Assembly: GCA_016931715.1 (NCBI GenBank)
Contig: JAFGEF010000107.1
Coordinates: forward strand, 21,932 to 85,931
Source of the DNA: Sedimentisphaerales bacterium
Lineage (GTDB): Bacteria; Planctomycetota; Phycisphaerae; Sedimentisphaerales; Anaerobacaceae
Reading direction: 5' to 3'
Length of the DNA: 64,000 nucleotides
Shown here: positions 1-10,160 of the stretch, piece by piece
How positions within the stretch are numbered: position 1 is the stretch's first letter
Layout of the letters: each line of letters opens with the position of its first letter
Program-made: the position numbers and the translations under genes
The notes under the pieces: generated by a model
Told to the model about the DNA's origin: nothing
Databases searched by the model: none
What the model saw: only the letters and a program-made list of their open reading frames with translations

Positions 1-340
1 CAAGCTGCGTAAAAATATCACCATTCATCAAAATAAACGGCTCATCTTTACTAAATCTATCGCGCATCAACGACAAGGGACCTGCTGTACCGAGAGGTTT
101 TTCCTCATCAATATATGTAACGGAAAGCCCGAACTTAGACCCATCTCCGCAAAAGGCTTTTATTAATTCACCCTGGTAACCAATTGATATTATAATTTCA
201 GTTATGTTATACTTTTTGAAATTTTTTAATATAATTTCGAGAATAGGTTTTTCTCCAATCGGCAGCAAAGGCTTTGGAACTGAAAATGTCATGGGTCTCA
301 GGCGGGTACCCTGACCACCGGCTAATACCACTGCTTTCAT
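1..340 (-). CDS. sugar-phosphate nucleotidyltransferase (NDP-sugar pyrophosphorylase); only the N-terminal 113 codons are present because the gene runs off the window start
   Basis: My own minus-strand translation from ATG 340-338 gives MKAVVLAGGQGTRLRPMTFSVPKPLLPIGEKPILEIILKNFKKYNITEIIISIGYQGELIKAFCGDGSKFGLSVTYIDEEKPLGTAGPL, open to the window edge. GxGTRLxPxT plus KPxLP is the NDP-sugar pyrophosphorylase signature. It is absent from the supplied ORF track because it is truncated. Confidence 0.75.
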   Translation of the reverse strand, partial: MKAVVLAGGQGTRLRPMTFSVPKPLLPIGEKPILEIILKNFKKYNITEIIISIGYQGELIKAFCGDGSKFGLSVTYIDEEKPLGTAGPLSLMRDRFSKDEPFILMNGDIFTQL

Positions 341-349
341 TTATATCCC

Positions 350-1342
350 TCATACTCTGTATTTTTCCGGATTGTAAAAATCCGGATTATTTTTTATAAA
401 ATCAATCGTCTTGTTAAGCCCTTCCGTTAATGAAACTTTAGGTGACCATCCCACTATATTCAGGGCTTTTGCATTATCTGCACACAGTCTTTCGACTTCA
501 CTTTGCGCCGGACGAATTCTTTTCTTGTCACGCTCAACAGTAACGTCACGTCCGACAAGAAATATAATTTTCTTTATCAAATCTTCAATCGATATTTCTT
601 TACCAGTTCCTATATTTATCTCCTTTCCTGTCGTTTCAGAGGATTCAGCAATTTTAATAAAACCTTCTACAGTATCAGTTACATAAGTAAAATCTCTTGT
701 TGGGGTAGTATTACCCAAAATTAGCTTGTCTTTAGTTAAAACCTGCGAAATAATGGAAGGAATAACAGCCCGGTCGGATTGACGTGGACCATATGTATTA
801 AAGGGTCTTATTACAGCAACAGGTAAATCGAATGAATTGTAAAAGCTCAGAGCTATTGCATCAGCGGCTATTTTGCTCGCAGAATATGGAGATTGAGGTT
901 GTTTGGGATGTTCTTCATTTATAGGAACGTACCTTGCTGTGCCGTAAACTTCACTCGTGGAAGTTTGAACAAGTTTCTCTATCCCCGCGTCGCGTGCGGC
1001 CATTACAATATTCATCGTACCAATGGTATTTGTCTCAATTACTTCCTGCGGATGTATATAGGAGTAAGGTATACCCACCAAAGCAGCCAAGTTGAAAATA
1101 ATATCGACACCTTCCATAGCTTTAACTACAGTTTCAAGTTCCCTTATATCACCATAAACAATATCGATATTATTTCTGAGATCCTCGGAAAAATATTTGA
1201 TAAAACCATCATCAGACCTTGAAGTATAACGAACAAAAACCCTTACATTCGCTCCAAGCTGAAAAAGGCGTTCTCCAAGATGAGAGCCGATAAATCCCCC
1301 GGCGCCTGTAATCAGAGTTTTTTTGCCGCTCCATGAAAACAT
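350..1342 (-). CDS. extended-SDR NAD-dependent NDP-sugar epimerase/dehydratase (UDP-glucuronate decarboxylase-like)
   Basis: This is ORF 350-1426. The conserved part begins at the internal ATG 1342 (MFSWSGKKTLITGAGGFIGSHL, Rossmann GxxGxxG). The catalytic motif PYSASK is present. The substrate cannot be called. Confidence 0.8.
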   Translation of the reverse strand: MFSWSGKKTLITGAGGFIGSHLGERLFQLGANVRVFVRYTSRSDDGFIKYFSEDLRNNIDIVYGDIRELETVVKAMEGVDIIFNLAALVGIPYSYIHPQEVIETNTIGTMNIVMAARDAGIEKLVQTSTSEVYGTARYVPINEEHPKQPQSPYSASKIAADAIALSFYNSFDLPVAVIRPFNTYGPRQSDRAVIPSIISQVLTKDKLILGNTTPTRDFTYVTDTVEGFIKIAESSETTGKEINIGTGKEISIEDLIKKIIFLVGRDVTVERDKKRIRPAQSEVERLCADNAKALNIVGWSPKVSLTEGLNKTIDFIKNNPDFYNPEKYRV

Positions 1343-1725
1343 TTTATATTCCTTTATATTCTTATTTTCGTATAAAACTGGTTTAAATATCCTCAAAAGA
1401 TAAACAATATCACCCTCTTGTGTCAAATTAAATATAACAAAATTTGATATTTTGGTATTTCGAACCGGATTTAATCATTTATCCAGTCAGAACAATATAT
1501 TCTTTGTATTATATGTTCCCTGTAATTTTTATCATCAGAATATTGATCATTATCATCGTACCCGATGCTTATGTAGTTAACAAAATGAGTCGAAATTACT
1601 TCGCCAGTGAAAATCACATTTGCAGAATTATCAAAAATGATTCTTGGTCCTCCCCAATATTCATAAATACCTACAAGAACAAGAGAAACATGATCGGACA
1701 GAAAATTAACCAAGTTTAATCTAAT

Positions 1726-1772
1726 GGCCCTTTTTAGGGGCCTTCCTCACACCACCTGCTCTGCGGGTGGTG
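1726..1772 (-). terminator. two tandem stem-loops 3' of the methyltransferase gene (weak terminator candidate)
   Basis: The stems are CACCACC (1750-1756) with GGTGGTG (1766-1772), and GGCCC (1726-1730) with GGGCC (1738-1742). They lie directly downstream of the stop at 1778-1780. There is no clear U-tract. Confidence 0.3.
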
Positions 1773-1777
1773 AGTGA

Positions 1778-2698
1778 TTATGTTTTAAGATTTTTTGCAA
1801 AGACTATAATATTGTCACTCTTTCTAATTAAAGCAAATAGATGAGTAAATGGTGATATTAAATGCTTTATAATAGGAATATTCTTTATTTTGTCACGATA
1901 TTTATCATCATAGTTATTCCCATAAAAATAATATTGCAGAGAGCGAATAAAATTCTTGGATGATGGATCATGCTTAATTTTTATTACCTCTAATCCAGCC
2001 TTATCCATAAGTTTACTGATAGTCTCTGGTGTATAAATATAAAGATGTCTTGGACAATCAAGACAATACCATTTTTCCTTAAAAATTTTAGCGGTCATAC
2101 TATTATAATTTGGAATGCTTAATATACATATTCCATTTGGTTTAAGCAGTTGTTGAAACTTCTCAAGTACCTCAAGAGGATTTGGTACATGCTCTAAGTA
2201 TTGCCATGCAGTAATCAAATCAAAAGTGCTCCTCTCGAAAGGTGCTTTTGTTATAACACCCGGAACAATATCTAAACCGTACATAGATTTTGCAGTTTCA
2301 ATCGCTGTTTGAGAAAAGTCAAGTCCATATACCTGTGCATTAGTCATTTTTTTTACTTCATCCAGGAATTTCCCGTTTCCGCACCCAACATCTAATATCT
2401 TAGTCTTTTCGTTTAGACTACTCAGAATATTTTCCGGCAGAAGATTTTTTTTTCGCATCTTTTTATTTGATTGAGAGGATTTGCCTTTTTTAGAATGATG
2501 TGGAGCATAATCATTTGGGTAATAATCGGAGAGTTTATCTGCGTTGATTTGTGGATTCATATAAATAAGACCACATCTATTACAAATAACATATTCAAAA
2601 AGACCGCTTTTCCCATGTAAACGATCCTGACCTTTAAAAAGAAGTTTATATTCATTATTTCCACATAAACAACAAGAAACATTCTTACTATTACACAT
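1778..2698 (-). CDS. class I SAM-dependent methyltransferase with N-terminal Cys4 zinc-ribbon
   Basis: The N-terminus has CCLCGN...CNRCG. SAM motif I reads ILDVGCGNGKF, followed by the acidic loop YGLDFS and post-I/II blocks. The start is ATG at 2698. Confidence 0.75.
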   Translation of the reverse strand: MCNSKNVSCCLCGNNEYKLLFKGQDRLHGKSGLFEYVICNRCGLIYMNPQINADKLSDYYPNDYAPHHSKKGKSSQSNKKMRKKNLLPENILSSLNEKTKILDVGCGNGKFLDEVKKMTNAQVYGLDFSQTAIETAKSMYGLDIVPGVITKAPFERSTFDLITAWQYLEHVPNPLEVLEKFQQLLKPNGICILSIPNYNSMTAKIFKEKWYCLDCPRHLYIYTPETISKLMDKAGLEVIKIKHDPSSKNFIRSLQYYFYGNNYDDKYRDKIKNIPIIKHLISPFTHLFALIRKSDNIIVFAKNLKT

Positions 2699-2884
2699 TT
2701 TTATTCCTCACAACTGTTCCCTATAAAATTCCATGATAGAACGATGGCGGCTTACAATAAAAACGAAAAGTATTTAAAATTGTCTTGAAAACCAGAATGA
2801 GGTACGTAAATAAGTATTGGAAAATTCTTATATCCGTAGAGAAACAAGTCTCTTTTATTTTCATATCCTTAACTTATTCCTACT

Positions 2885-3559
2885 TCATTCCTTATAATAT
2901 TTTCCAATCATTAAAAAACCTGTTGGAGAAAATAAATGCCTATAGCCCAAAATCCAACGAAATATTCCTATTTTTGATAATATCTTCAGGAACTTGGCTG
3001 ATATACCCCGAATGATATGGCCGCTATTTTTGTGTTTGCTGAAGCTAAAAGATATTTTTCCCAGATCATCGTTTATTATTAAAAATTCACCTTCTTTTGA
3101 TGTAGCCGCCACACTTTTACTCTCATCAAATTTAATGTTGGGGAAAAGTTTTTTTATCCCTTCAGGAGTAAAACGCCAATAATCATTAGGATAGCCATGA
3201 ATTTGCCAACTGAAAGGAACACCAATACACACCGTTCCACCTGGTTTTAATAATAAAGTTATATTCTCTGCCATTTTGAAAGGATTTTCACAGTGCTCCA
3301 TGACACTAAGGCAAAATATAGTATCGAATCTTTTATGACCAAGCCTTTTATCAATTTGCTCAAAATCATCAGTCAAATCTACAACCACATCTACGCCGGG
3401 ACCATCTTGCATATCCACTCCAGTATATTCATTCTCCGAAGCAAATAATGAACGTAAATTTTGTGTTGTGCCGTAATCTTTAGAGCCTACTTCAAGAAAA
3501 GCCCCATGAAAATTATCCATGCGTTCCTTTATAAAGACAAATTGGTTAATATCTCCCAA
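2885..3559 (-). CDS. class I SAM-dependent methyltransferase (Methyltransf_11-like)
   Basis: Supporting motifs are FLEVGSKDYG, TGVDMQDGPGVD, FDTIFCLSVMEHCENP and LLKPGGTVCI. The track start at 3559 is TTG. An in-frame ATG at 3520 is an alternative start. Confidence 0.7.
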   Translation of the reverse strand: MGDINQFVFIKERMDNFHGAFLEVGSKDYGTTQNLRSLFASENEYTGVDMQDGPGVDVVVDLTDDFEQIDKRLGHKRFDTIFCLSVMEHCENPFKMAENITLLLKPGGTVCIGVPFSWQIHGYPNDYWRFTPEGIKKLFPNIKFDESKSVAATSKEGEFLIINDDLGKISFSFSKHKNSGHIIRGISAKFLKILSKIGIFRWILGYRHLFSPTGFLMIGKYYKE

Positions 3560-3598
3560 TTGTTGTTCTCCTTCATATACATCACAAAAACTAAACCA

Positions 3599-4627
3599 TT
3601 AAAACCATGGAGCATTATATGAACCATTCTCTATAAGCTCCAGATAATATTGTGCTATTTTCTCGCAATTGTACTCTTTATGCGCTCTATTCATTCCAGC
3701 ATCTGCAATTTGTTTTCTTTCTTCTTCATGTTTAAGATAATAATCCGCTAAATCAAAAAATTCATCTATGCTATCAAAATATCTGATATGTACTTTATCT
3801 TCAAAAAGTAAATCTGTATCCGGAACTCTTTTTGACAAAACAAAAGTACCACATGCTAAATAATGCGATAATCTGTCAGAGTGATAAAGCTTTACCGAAT
3901 TAATCGCATTTACATGTACTCCTATCTTTGCTCCGCATATTGAATATATGTAATCAAGAGTACCAATTTTAGGATAATTTTCACATCCATAGATCGCACA
4001 ATTTTTCATCGTGGAGAGCTTTTGGACAAGTTCTTCTCTTAATGTATCACTCGAATCAGCACTATGTTTAGTTTTTCCTACCCAAAGGATATCACTTTGC
4101 CATTTTTCTGACACAACATATCTATGTTCGAGGTCCGGATCAACCGCATTTGGCATAAAAGCACATAGCGGCACACCTGCCTGTCGATAATCATCCAGAT
4201 ATATTCCATTATTTGTAGCTGTAAGAATATCTAAACCTTTTGCCGTTTCTATTCTTGGAGATTTTTGCAGTTTCGGCCAGGCATCCCCATCATGCCCTAT
4301 AAAAACGGCATCGGGCCAGTTTTCTCTCATCAATGAAATGCTTTCATAGTTCAGATCCCTTGGAAAAAACATGATCACTATATCTGGTTGATAAGACTTC
4401 ATATTTTTTATTAAAAGCTGGTCTACTTTCTTTTTATATAATTTCGCGCCTATGGTTTTACTCTTAAAGGGATTAAAAGATTTCAGTACCATGCTGTAAT
4501 TGAACACAAGAATATGATGTCCTAATTTTGCATATCCCTTGCTATATCTATACTCCGGATAATTTAAGATTTTATTAGGATTATAATCATCATCAGTTAT
4601 TATAAGTATTCTTTTATTTGTTTTCAT
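3599..4627 (-). CDS. glycosyltransferase, CgeB-like / GT1-type C-terminal domain
   Basis: The C-terminal block reads HVNAINSVKLYHSDRLSHYLACGTFVLSKRVPD...FDSIDEFFDLADYYLKHEEERKQIADAGMNRAHKEYNCEKIAQYY. This resembles the Glyco_trans_1_2 / CgeB family. Confidence 0.6.
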   Translation of the reverse strand: MKTNKRILIITDDDYNPNKILNYPEYRYSKGYAKLGHHILVFNYSMVLKSFNPFKSKTIGAKLYKKKVDQLLIKNMKSYQPDIVIMFFPRDLNYESISLMRENWPDAVFIGHDGDAWPKLQKSPRIETAKGLDILTATNNGIYLDDYRQAGVPLCAFMPNAVDPDLEHRYVVSEKWQSDILWVGKTKHSADSSDTLREELVQKLSTMKNCAIYGCENYPKIGTLDYIYSICGAKIGVHVNAINSVKLYHSDRLSHYLACGTFVLSKRVPDTDLLFEDKVHIRYFDSIDEFFDLADYYLKHEEERKQIADAGMNRAHKEYNCEKIAQYYLELIENGSYNAPWF

Positions 4628-4674
4628 ATATAATTACCTTATATTTCTAAATTCGTTATTTTTATCATAATATG

Positions 4675-5631
4675 CTATGATTTAAGATTTATTGCCCTTA
4701 ATTTTTTAACCCGTTTTGCGACAGACTTCGTTTTTCTTATTACTCTGCTTATGATATAAGATACTATAGAAGCCGGCAGCATTAAAATAAGTGTGAGCAA
4801 TACCGTTCCTTCATAGCCGGTTCCCTTAGATGCCTGATACTGTCTTTTTATATATGTAGGAGCTCTCTTCAGAGAATAAACTCCCTCATAAAGATTCCTG
4901 CTTCTATGCGAATATTTTGTAAGAGCCTTGCCTTCATCAATCATCTTCTTAAGCGATTTACTCGATATACGCTTATGAAAGAGAATCTTGTCTGAAATAA
5001 GAATATTGTATCTTGCCAGAAATGCCATACGAAACTGGTCACAAAATCCTTTGGGATCATTATATAAATAATGAGCCACATTGATTAATGCCTCTCTTTC
5101 GAATATTGAATACGTAATACAGTCAATCATCATGATTTTAGGTGTATGTAAATACTTTATAATATCAGCCTTTTTATTCTTTGTAGATGAATAACCTGAG
5201 ATAGATGGCGGCCTAAGAATAGAATTGCCTTGTTCGTCTATTTGTTCAACGGAGCAGAACCATGCCTGATAGAAATTATCAGCTAAAAGTGCTTCAATGC
5301 CCGTTTGTATAAACTTCTGGTCCCAATAATCATCATCAGCAGCCCACATAAAATACTTACCCGTCGCCTGTTCCAATACAAATTTGAAATTCTGGCTTGC
5401 ACCCATATTTTTATCTTGGACATGGTACTTGATTCTGGGATCGTTTGATGCGAACTCCCTGGCGATTTTTTCGACCTGTTTATCCGGTGAACAATTATCA
5501 GAGACAATAATTTCAAGTTGTCTGTAAGTCTGACTCGTTATACATTCAAGTGTATGCTTTAATCCCAAAGGACGATTGTAAGTTGGGATGCCAATTGATA
5601 CTAAAGGATTTTCATTCACAATACTTGTCAT
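4675..5631 (-). CDS. family 2 glycosyltransferase
   Basis: The N-terminus reads VSIGIPTYNRPLGLKHTLECITSQTYRQLEIIVSDNCSPD, and the DxD-like motif AADDD is present. The start overlaps the upstream stop by 1 nt (TAATG). Confidence 0.8.
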   Translation of the reverse strand: MTSIVNENPLVSIGIPTYNRPLGLKHTLECITSQTYRQLEIIVSDNCSPDKQVEKIAREFASNDPRIKYHVQDKNMGASQNFKFVLEQATGKYFMWAADDDYWDQKFIQTGIEALLADNFYQAWFCSVEQIDEQGNSILRPPSISGYSSTKNKKADIIKYLHTPKIMMIDCITYSIFEREALINVAHYLYNDPKGFCDQFRMAFLARYNILISDKILFHKRISSKSLKKMIDEGKALTKYSHRSRNLYEGVYSLKRAPTYIKRQYQASKGTGYEGTVLLTLILMLPASIVSYIISRVIRKTKSVAKRVKKLRAINLKS

Positions 5632-6362
5632 TATTTTATTCTCCTAAGATAGCCGCCGGGAGCAACGGTTATCAGGAGTTTATTATCCATTTGGGTATCT
5701 ACCACAAAATTTTTATTTGTTTTTAGAAATTCTGCAACTGCTGTTTTTGGATTGTTACCTTTATCCCACGGTCTATCCGGAAACATGCCATTGGGTAAAT
5801 CTTCTATAATGGTATCAAAGACAACCAAATAGCTGCCTTTAGTTACAAGCGGAGAATAAAGTTCCATCTCTCTTAATACATGTTCATGTGTATGATTAGA
5901 ATCAAGACAAACAAGCACATTCTCTTTATTTTCTGCAAACGTACGTACCTGTTCTGCAACATCATCAGATATACTCGAACCTTCTATCATTTCAATGCGT
6001 TTGAACATCGGATGTTCTTCAATAACTTTGCGATTATGCTCTCTGATGTCAATATCTATCCCTAAAACCATACCCTTGCCTATAAGTTCCATCATCGAAG
6101 CATAAAATATGATTGAGCCTCCATGTGCTATTCCTGTTTCGATAATCAGATCGGGTTTTATTTCCCAAATAATTTCCTGTATTGCGATTATGTCTTGAGG
6201 GTATTGTATAATCGGTCTGCCAAGCCATGTAAAGTTATATGAGTATTTCGGTAGAGTAGATTCTACCATAAAATTAGCTGCCGCATCTTTCAATCGAGAG
6301 TTTTTTTCATAACTGCTAATTCTATTATTACATTCTGATCTAAACTTCCTGATTTCATCCAT
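5631..6362 (-). CDS. CmcI (cephalosporin hydroxylase) family methyltransferase, rhamnosyl O-methyltransferase-like
   Basis: The stretch YSYNFTWLGRPIIQYPQDIIAIQEIIWEIKPDLIIETGIAHGGSIIFYASMMELIG is characteristic of CmcI-family enzymes. Confidence 0.7.
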   Translation of the reverse strand: MDEIRKFRSECNNRISSYEKNSRLKDAAANFMVESTLPKYSYNFTWLGRPIIQYPQDIIAIQEIIWEIKPDLIIETGIAHGGSIIFYASMMELIGKGMVLGIDIDIREHNRKVIEEHPMFKRIEMIEGSSISDDVAEQVRTFAENKENVLVCLDSNHTHEHVLREMELYSPLVTKGSYLVVFDTIIEDLPNGMFPDRPWDKGNNPKTAVAEFLKTNKNFVVDTQMDNKLLITVAPGGYLRRIK

Positions 6363-6371
6363 ATTTAACTT

Positions 6372-7241
6372 TTACTCCATTAAACAGATATCATTATCTT
6401 TAAGGATTTTATTTAATTTTGAAGAATCACCCCAGAATTCCATAGGTTCATAATCCGGATATGAATAATAACCTAAATTCAGTTTTATGCTTTTATTTCT
6501 GCCTTCAAGGTATTTGTTTACCAGATCCAGAACAGTTACCGGTTTTCCACTGCAACAGTTCACAATTCCTGTAATTTTATTCTGTAAAGCAATTGTGAAA
6601 ATATATCGAGCTACCGTTTCAACTGGCAGGTAATCACGGATTTGGTCTCCCCGTGACATATTAAACTGTTCCTGGTCCTGAGACAAAGCTTGTTCTAGTT
6701 GAGACAATAGAGATTTAGGATTCTGTCCTGGTCCATACATATAGAACAAGCGTACCCATTTCAATTTAAAATCAACTGCTGACTGCAACTGTTCTAAAAA
6801 TCTTCGAAGACTATCTTTTGCTAAACCATACGGCGTAGTTGGTTTTGGCTCTTCATCTTCATTCAACATTCCGTTTTTCATTCCATATTCAAGACAAGTA
6901 CCAATTACAGTTACATCATTCAGACCATGTTCGACTATGTTCCTTAAAAATTGCCAGTTCCAGAACAGGTTGCTTTCGATATGTGAAAAACTCTTATAGT
7001 TCGGTAAACCTTCCCATGCCAAATGTATTAATCGATCAGGTTTTCCAAAAAATGTATAATAATCATCATTTATGTTTGCAAGGTTTTGAGAAATATAAGT
7101 TACCCTATCATACCAGTCGTATTCTTTAGCTTTCTCCGGACAATTGCATGTCGCAATAACTTCGTGACCTCTTTTTACTATGTCACTCACAACATGATTG
7201 CCCAAAAAACCACTGGCTCCAGTTACTAATATTTTCATCAT
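6372..7241 (-). CDS. SDR NDP-sugar epimerase/4-ketoreductase
   Basis: The N-terminus is MMKILVTGASGFLGNHV (GxxGxxG). The catalytic motif is a YGLAK-type YxxxK. The track start at 7271 is TTG. ATGATG at 7241-7236 is preceded by AAAGGA and is the more likely start. Confidence 0.75.
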   Translation of the reverse strand: MMKILVTGASGFLGNHVVSDIVKRGHEVIATCNCPEKAKEYDWYDRVTYISQNLANINDDYYTFFGKPDRLIHLAWEGLPNYKSFSHIESNLFWNWQFLRNIVEHGLNDVTVIGTCLEYGMKNGMLNEDEEPKPTTPYGLAKDSLRRFLEQLQSAVDFKLKWVRLFYMYGPGQNPKSLLSQLEQALSQDQEQFNMSRGDQIRDYLPVETVARYIFTIALQNKITGIVNCCSGKPVTVLDLVNKYLEGRNKSIKLNLGYYSYPDYEPMEFWGDSSKLNKILKDNDICLME

Positions 7242-7267
7242 TGTCCTTTTTATCCTTATTTTAACAC

Positions 7268-8500
7268 TCAAGAATTATGAATTTGAAGATCAGGTATTGC
7301 TACAACAAATTTGCCGTTCCATTTTCGGATATACTCCAGCTGCTTACTAATTTCCGATTTAAGATTCCACGGAAGAATTAATACGAAATCAGGCTGGAAC
7401 TTTCTGATCTGTTCCTCGCTGCATACGGGAATATGATTCCCCGGAAGGTACTTCCCCTGCTTATAAACAGAAGCGTCAGCTACGAAGGGAAGTAAATCTT
7501 TCTTTATGCCGCAGTAATTGAGCAGTGTATTTCCCTTTGCTGCTGCTCCATACCCTGCCACTTCTTTCTTCTGTTTCTTCTGATCTATGAGAAAAGATAT
7601 GAGATTATTCTTAATAAGATCGATTTTATTTTGAAATGGCTCATAGTATTCAGGCTTAAGCATTCCGGCATGTATTTCTTTTGTTAAAAGTTTATCAACT
7701 CTTTTGGAAACAGGCTTTGACGAGTCATCATAATGTCTGGCATAAATTCGCAGCGAACCGCCATGAGTAGGTATTTCTTCTACATCAAACAATTCAAGTC
7801 TATGAGCTGCAAATATACTTCTTACAGTATGAAATGATAAATATGAAAAATGCTCATGGTAAATAGTATCGAATTGATTCTGTTCCACTAAACGCATAAG
7901 GTGAGGAAATTCCATCGTGACTACGCCGGTTGATTTTAGTAATATTCTGAGACCTCCGACAAAGTCATTAATATTGGGAACATGAGCGATAACATTATTG
8001 CCAATAATCAAATCCGCCTTTCTATTTTGGTCAGCCAGCCGAGTGGCAAGTTTTTCCCCAAAAAACTCACTTATAACTTCAATACCCTTTTCTCTTGCCG
8101 CATTAGCTGTATTCTCTGCTGGTTCTATTCCCATGCAGGGTATTTTCTTCTGCTGAAAATATTGCAAAAGGTATCCATCATTGGAGGCGACTTCTATAAC
8201 ATTGGAAAATTCATCCAATCCGAGCTTACCTATAATCATTTCAACATAGGCCCTGCAATGCTTAAGCCAACTGACAGAATATGAAGAATAATAGATATAA
8301 TCTTTATTGAATATTTCATTGCTCTTTTTAAATTCATCTATCTGAACAAGCCAACACTTCCGGCAAACAAATAGTTTTAAAGGAAAAAATATTTCAGGTT
8401 CATTCAATTGTTGTATATCAAGAAATGAATTTGAAGGCGGAGAATTTCCCAAATTAACAAATTCCTGACTTAATTCATTATTACAAAAGCGGCATTTCAT
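7268..8500 (-). CDS. NDP-hexose C-methyltransferase (TylC3/NovU-like: Zn-ribbon, SAM MTase and C-methyltransferase C-terminal domain)
   Basis: The N-terminus is MKCRFCNNEL...LFVCRKCWLVQ. SAM motif I is VIEVASNDGYLL. The length of about 410 aa and the tail AGYGAAAKGNTLLNYCGI...D.S.YKQGKYLPG are typical of sugar 3-C-methyltransferases. Confidence 0.7.
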   Translation of the reverse strand: MKCRFCNNELSQEFVNLGNSPPSNSFLDIQQLNEPEIFFPLKLFVCRKCWLVQIDEFKKSNEIFNKDYIYYSSYSVSWLKHCRAYVEMIIGKLGLDEFSNVIEVASNDGYLLQYFQQKKIPCMGIEPAENTANAAREKGIEVISEFFGEKLATRLADQNRKADLIIGNNVIAHVPNINDFVGGLRILLKSTGVVTMEFPHLMRLVEQNQFDTIYHEHFSYLSFHTVRSIFAAHRLELFDVEEIPTHGGSLRIYARHYDDSSKPVSKRVDKLLTKEIHAGMLKPEYYEPFQNKIDLIKNNLISFLIDQKKQKKEVAGYGAAAKGNTLLNYCGIKKDLLPFVADASVYKQGKYLPGNHIPVCSEEQIRKFQPDFVLILPWNLKSEISKQLEYIRKWNGKFVVAIPDLQIHNS

Positions 8501-9051
8501 ATTTTAATTCCATCAAAATCAGCACTCAACAAAGGGTGCTGTCTGTCTCTTTCTGAAACCTCTGTTACACTAATGGGCCATTCAATTTCAACTCTGTTAT
8601 CATTATATCTTATACCGCCTTCATGGGTAGAACTGTAAAACTCGGTATGAAGATAAAGCATTTCAGAGTTTTCTTCAAGTGTTTGAAATCCATGTGCAAA
8701 ACCTTCAGGTATAAAAAGCATCTTTCTATTATTCACTGAAAGTTCACAACCATACCACTGAAGAAAAGTTTCTGAACCTTGCCGCAAATCTATCGCTGCA
8801 TCAAATACCCTGCCCTTTAAACAACGTACAAATTTTGCTTCAGCTTTGGGTTGATATTGAAAATGCATTCCTCTTATGCTTCCCGCTTGTTTAGTACAAG
8901 AATGATTAACTTGTTTAATAATCCTGTCCCCAAGCAATTCTCCAAGTTCATTTCTACAAAACAACCTCATGAAATATCCGCGTTCATCATTGATTAAGTT
9001 TGTTTCTATCAGGTATAATCCCTTTAATGACGTAGCTGAAACTTTCATCAT
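8497..9051 (-). CDS. NDP-4-keto-6-deoxyhexose 3,5-epimerase (RmlC-like cupin)
   Basis: Supporting motifs are DERGYFMRLF, QVNHSCTKQAGSIRGMHFQ, RCLKGRVFDAAIDLR and IPEGFAHGFQTL. The ATG at 9051 forms an ATGA overlap with the rfbG stop. The track start at 9060 is GTG. Confidence 0.75.
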   Translation of the reverse strand: MMKVSATSLKGLYLIETNLINDERGYFMRLFCRNELGELLGDRIIKQVNHSCTKQAGSIRGMHFQYQPKAEAKFVRCLKGRVFDAAIDLRQGSETFLQWYGCELSVNNRKMLFIPEGFAHGFQTLEENSEMLYLHTEFYSSTHEGGIRYNDNRVEIEWPISVTEVSERDRQHPLLSADFDGIKI

Positions 9052-10160
9052 ATTGCCCACTTCACCTTCCGTGTTATTGCATCATCAAAATATTTATCAA
9101 GCTGCTTTTCTGTGAGAATTAGTCCATCTTCATAATAAGCTTTGTACCATTGAGCAGTTGCTTTTATACCTTCTGGGTCATTCCAAACTGGTACCCATCC
9201 CAGGTTATTGTGAGCTTTTGAACAATCCAAACGAAGTATGTGAGTCTCATGGATTTCATTATTATCACGTTTAAATTCGAAATCTGCTTTAGGCCAGGAT
9301 TCACTAAAAACAGCAGCGAGTTGTTCAACAGAATAAACTCCACCATTTAAAGGCCCAAAATTCCAGGCCTGAGCAAATTCTTTTTCGCCTTCAAGTAATT
9401 TCTGACCAAGCATTAGATAACCACTCAAAGGTTCGAGTACATGTTGCCAAGCTCGTATCGAGGCCGGATTCCTTATAAGTGTCTTTTTCCCCTGGCTTGC
9501 GGCACGAACAATATCAGGAATAATCCTGTCTTTTGACCAATCTCCACCACCGATAACGTTTCCGGCTCGAGCACTTGCCATAAGAACCATATGATTTTTA
9601 CCATATTCACTTGGATTGAAAAATGATTGTCTATAACAGTCAATAACCAACTCTGCACAGGCCTTTGAAGAACTATAGGGATCAAATCCACCAAGTTGGT
9701 CAGATTCTTTATATCCTTTTTGCCACTTTTGATCCTTATAACATTTATCCGTAGTTATTATCACTATCGCCTTAAGTGAATCTAACTTTCGACACGCTTC
9801 GAGAAGATTCACAAGACCTAAAACATTTGTTTGAAATGTTTCAACTGGTTCTAAATATGAATATCGCACAAGCGGTTGTGCAGCAAGATGGAATACTATT
9901 TCAGGTTGATGTTTTTGTAGTGTTAGGCATAATTTTTCCGCATCAAGAATATTTCCAATAACTGACGAATATTTTTCATTTATAAGCTCGAAATGATTTG
10001 GAAACTCTTCTGGTGCTAAGGAATATCCGCAAACTTTAGCCCCCATAGAATTCAACCATATCCCCAACCATGAACCTTTAAAGCCTGTATGGCCTGTAAG
10101 CAGGACTTTCAATCCTTTGTATATCCCATGAAAAAAGTCTTCAGTTACCATCTTTTCCAT
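9048..10160 (-). CDS. rfbG: CDP-glucose 4,6-dehydratase
   Basis: Supporting motifs are KVLLTGHTGFKGSWLGIWL, PYSSSKACAELV, and the overall length and pattern of RfbG. Start choice is ambiguous between ATG 10160 and ATG 10151. Confidence 0.85.
   Translation of the reverse strand: MEKMVTEDFFHGIYKGLKVLLTGHTGFKGSWLGIWLNSMGAKVCGYSLAPEEFPNHFELINEKYSSVIGNILDAEKLCLTLQKHQPEIVFHLAAQPLVRYSYLEPVETFQTNVLGLVNLLEACRKLDSLKAIVIITTDKCYKDQKWQKGYKESDQLGGFDPYSSSKACAELVIDCYRQSFFNPSEYGKNHMVLMASARAGNVIGGGDWSKDRIIPDIVRAASQGKKTLIRNPASIRAWQHVLEPLSGYLMLGQKLLEGEKEFAQAWNFGPLNGGVYSVEQLAAVFSESWPKADFEFKRDNNEIHETHILRLDCSKAHNNLGWVPVWNDPEGIKATAQWYKAYYEDGLILTEKQLDKYFDDAITRKVKWAI

Noticed and set aside
1471-1713. An 80-aa minus-strand ORF between the SDR gene and the methyltransferase gene.
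   Set aside because: It lies after two stem-loops and has no RBS or recognisable motif. An equally long plus-strand ORF (1444-1719) covers the same DNA. It may be real but is unsupported.
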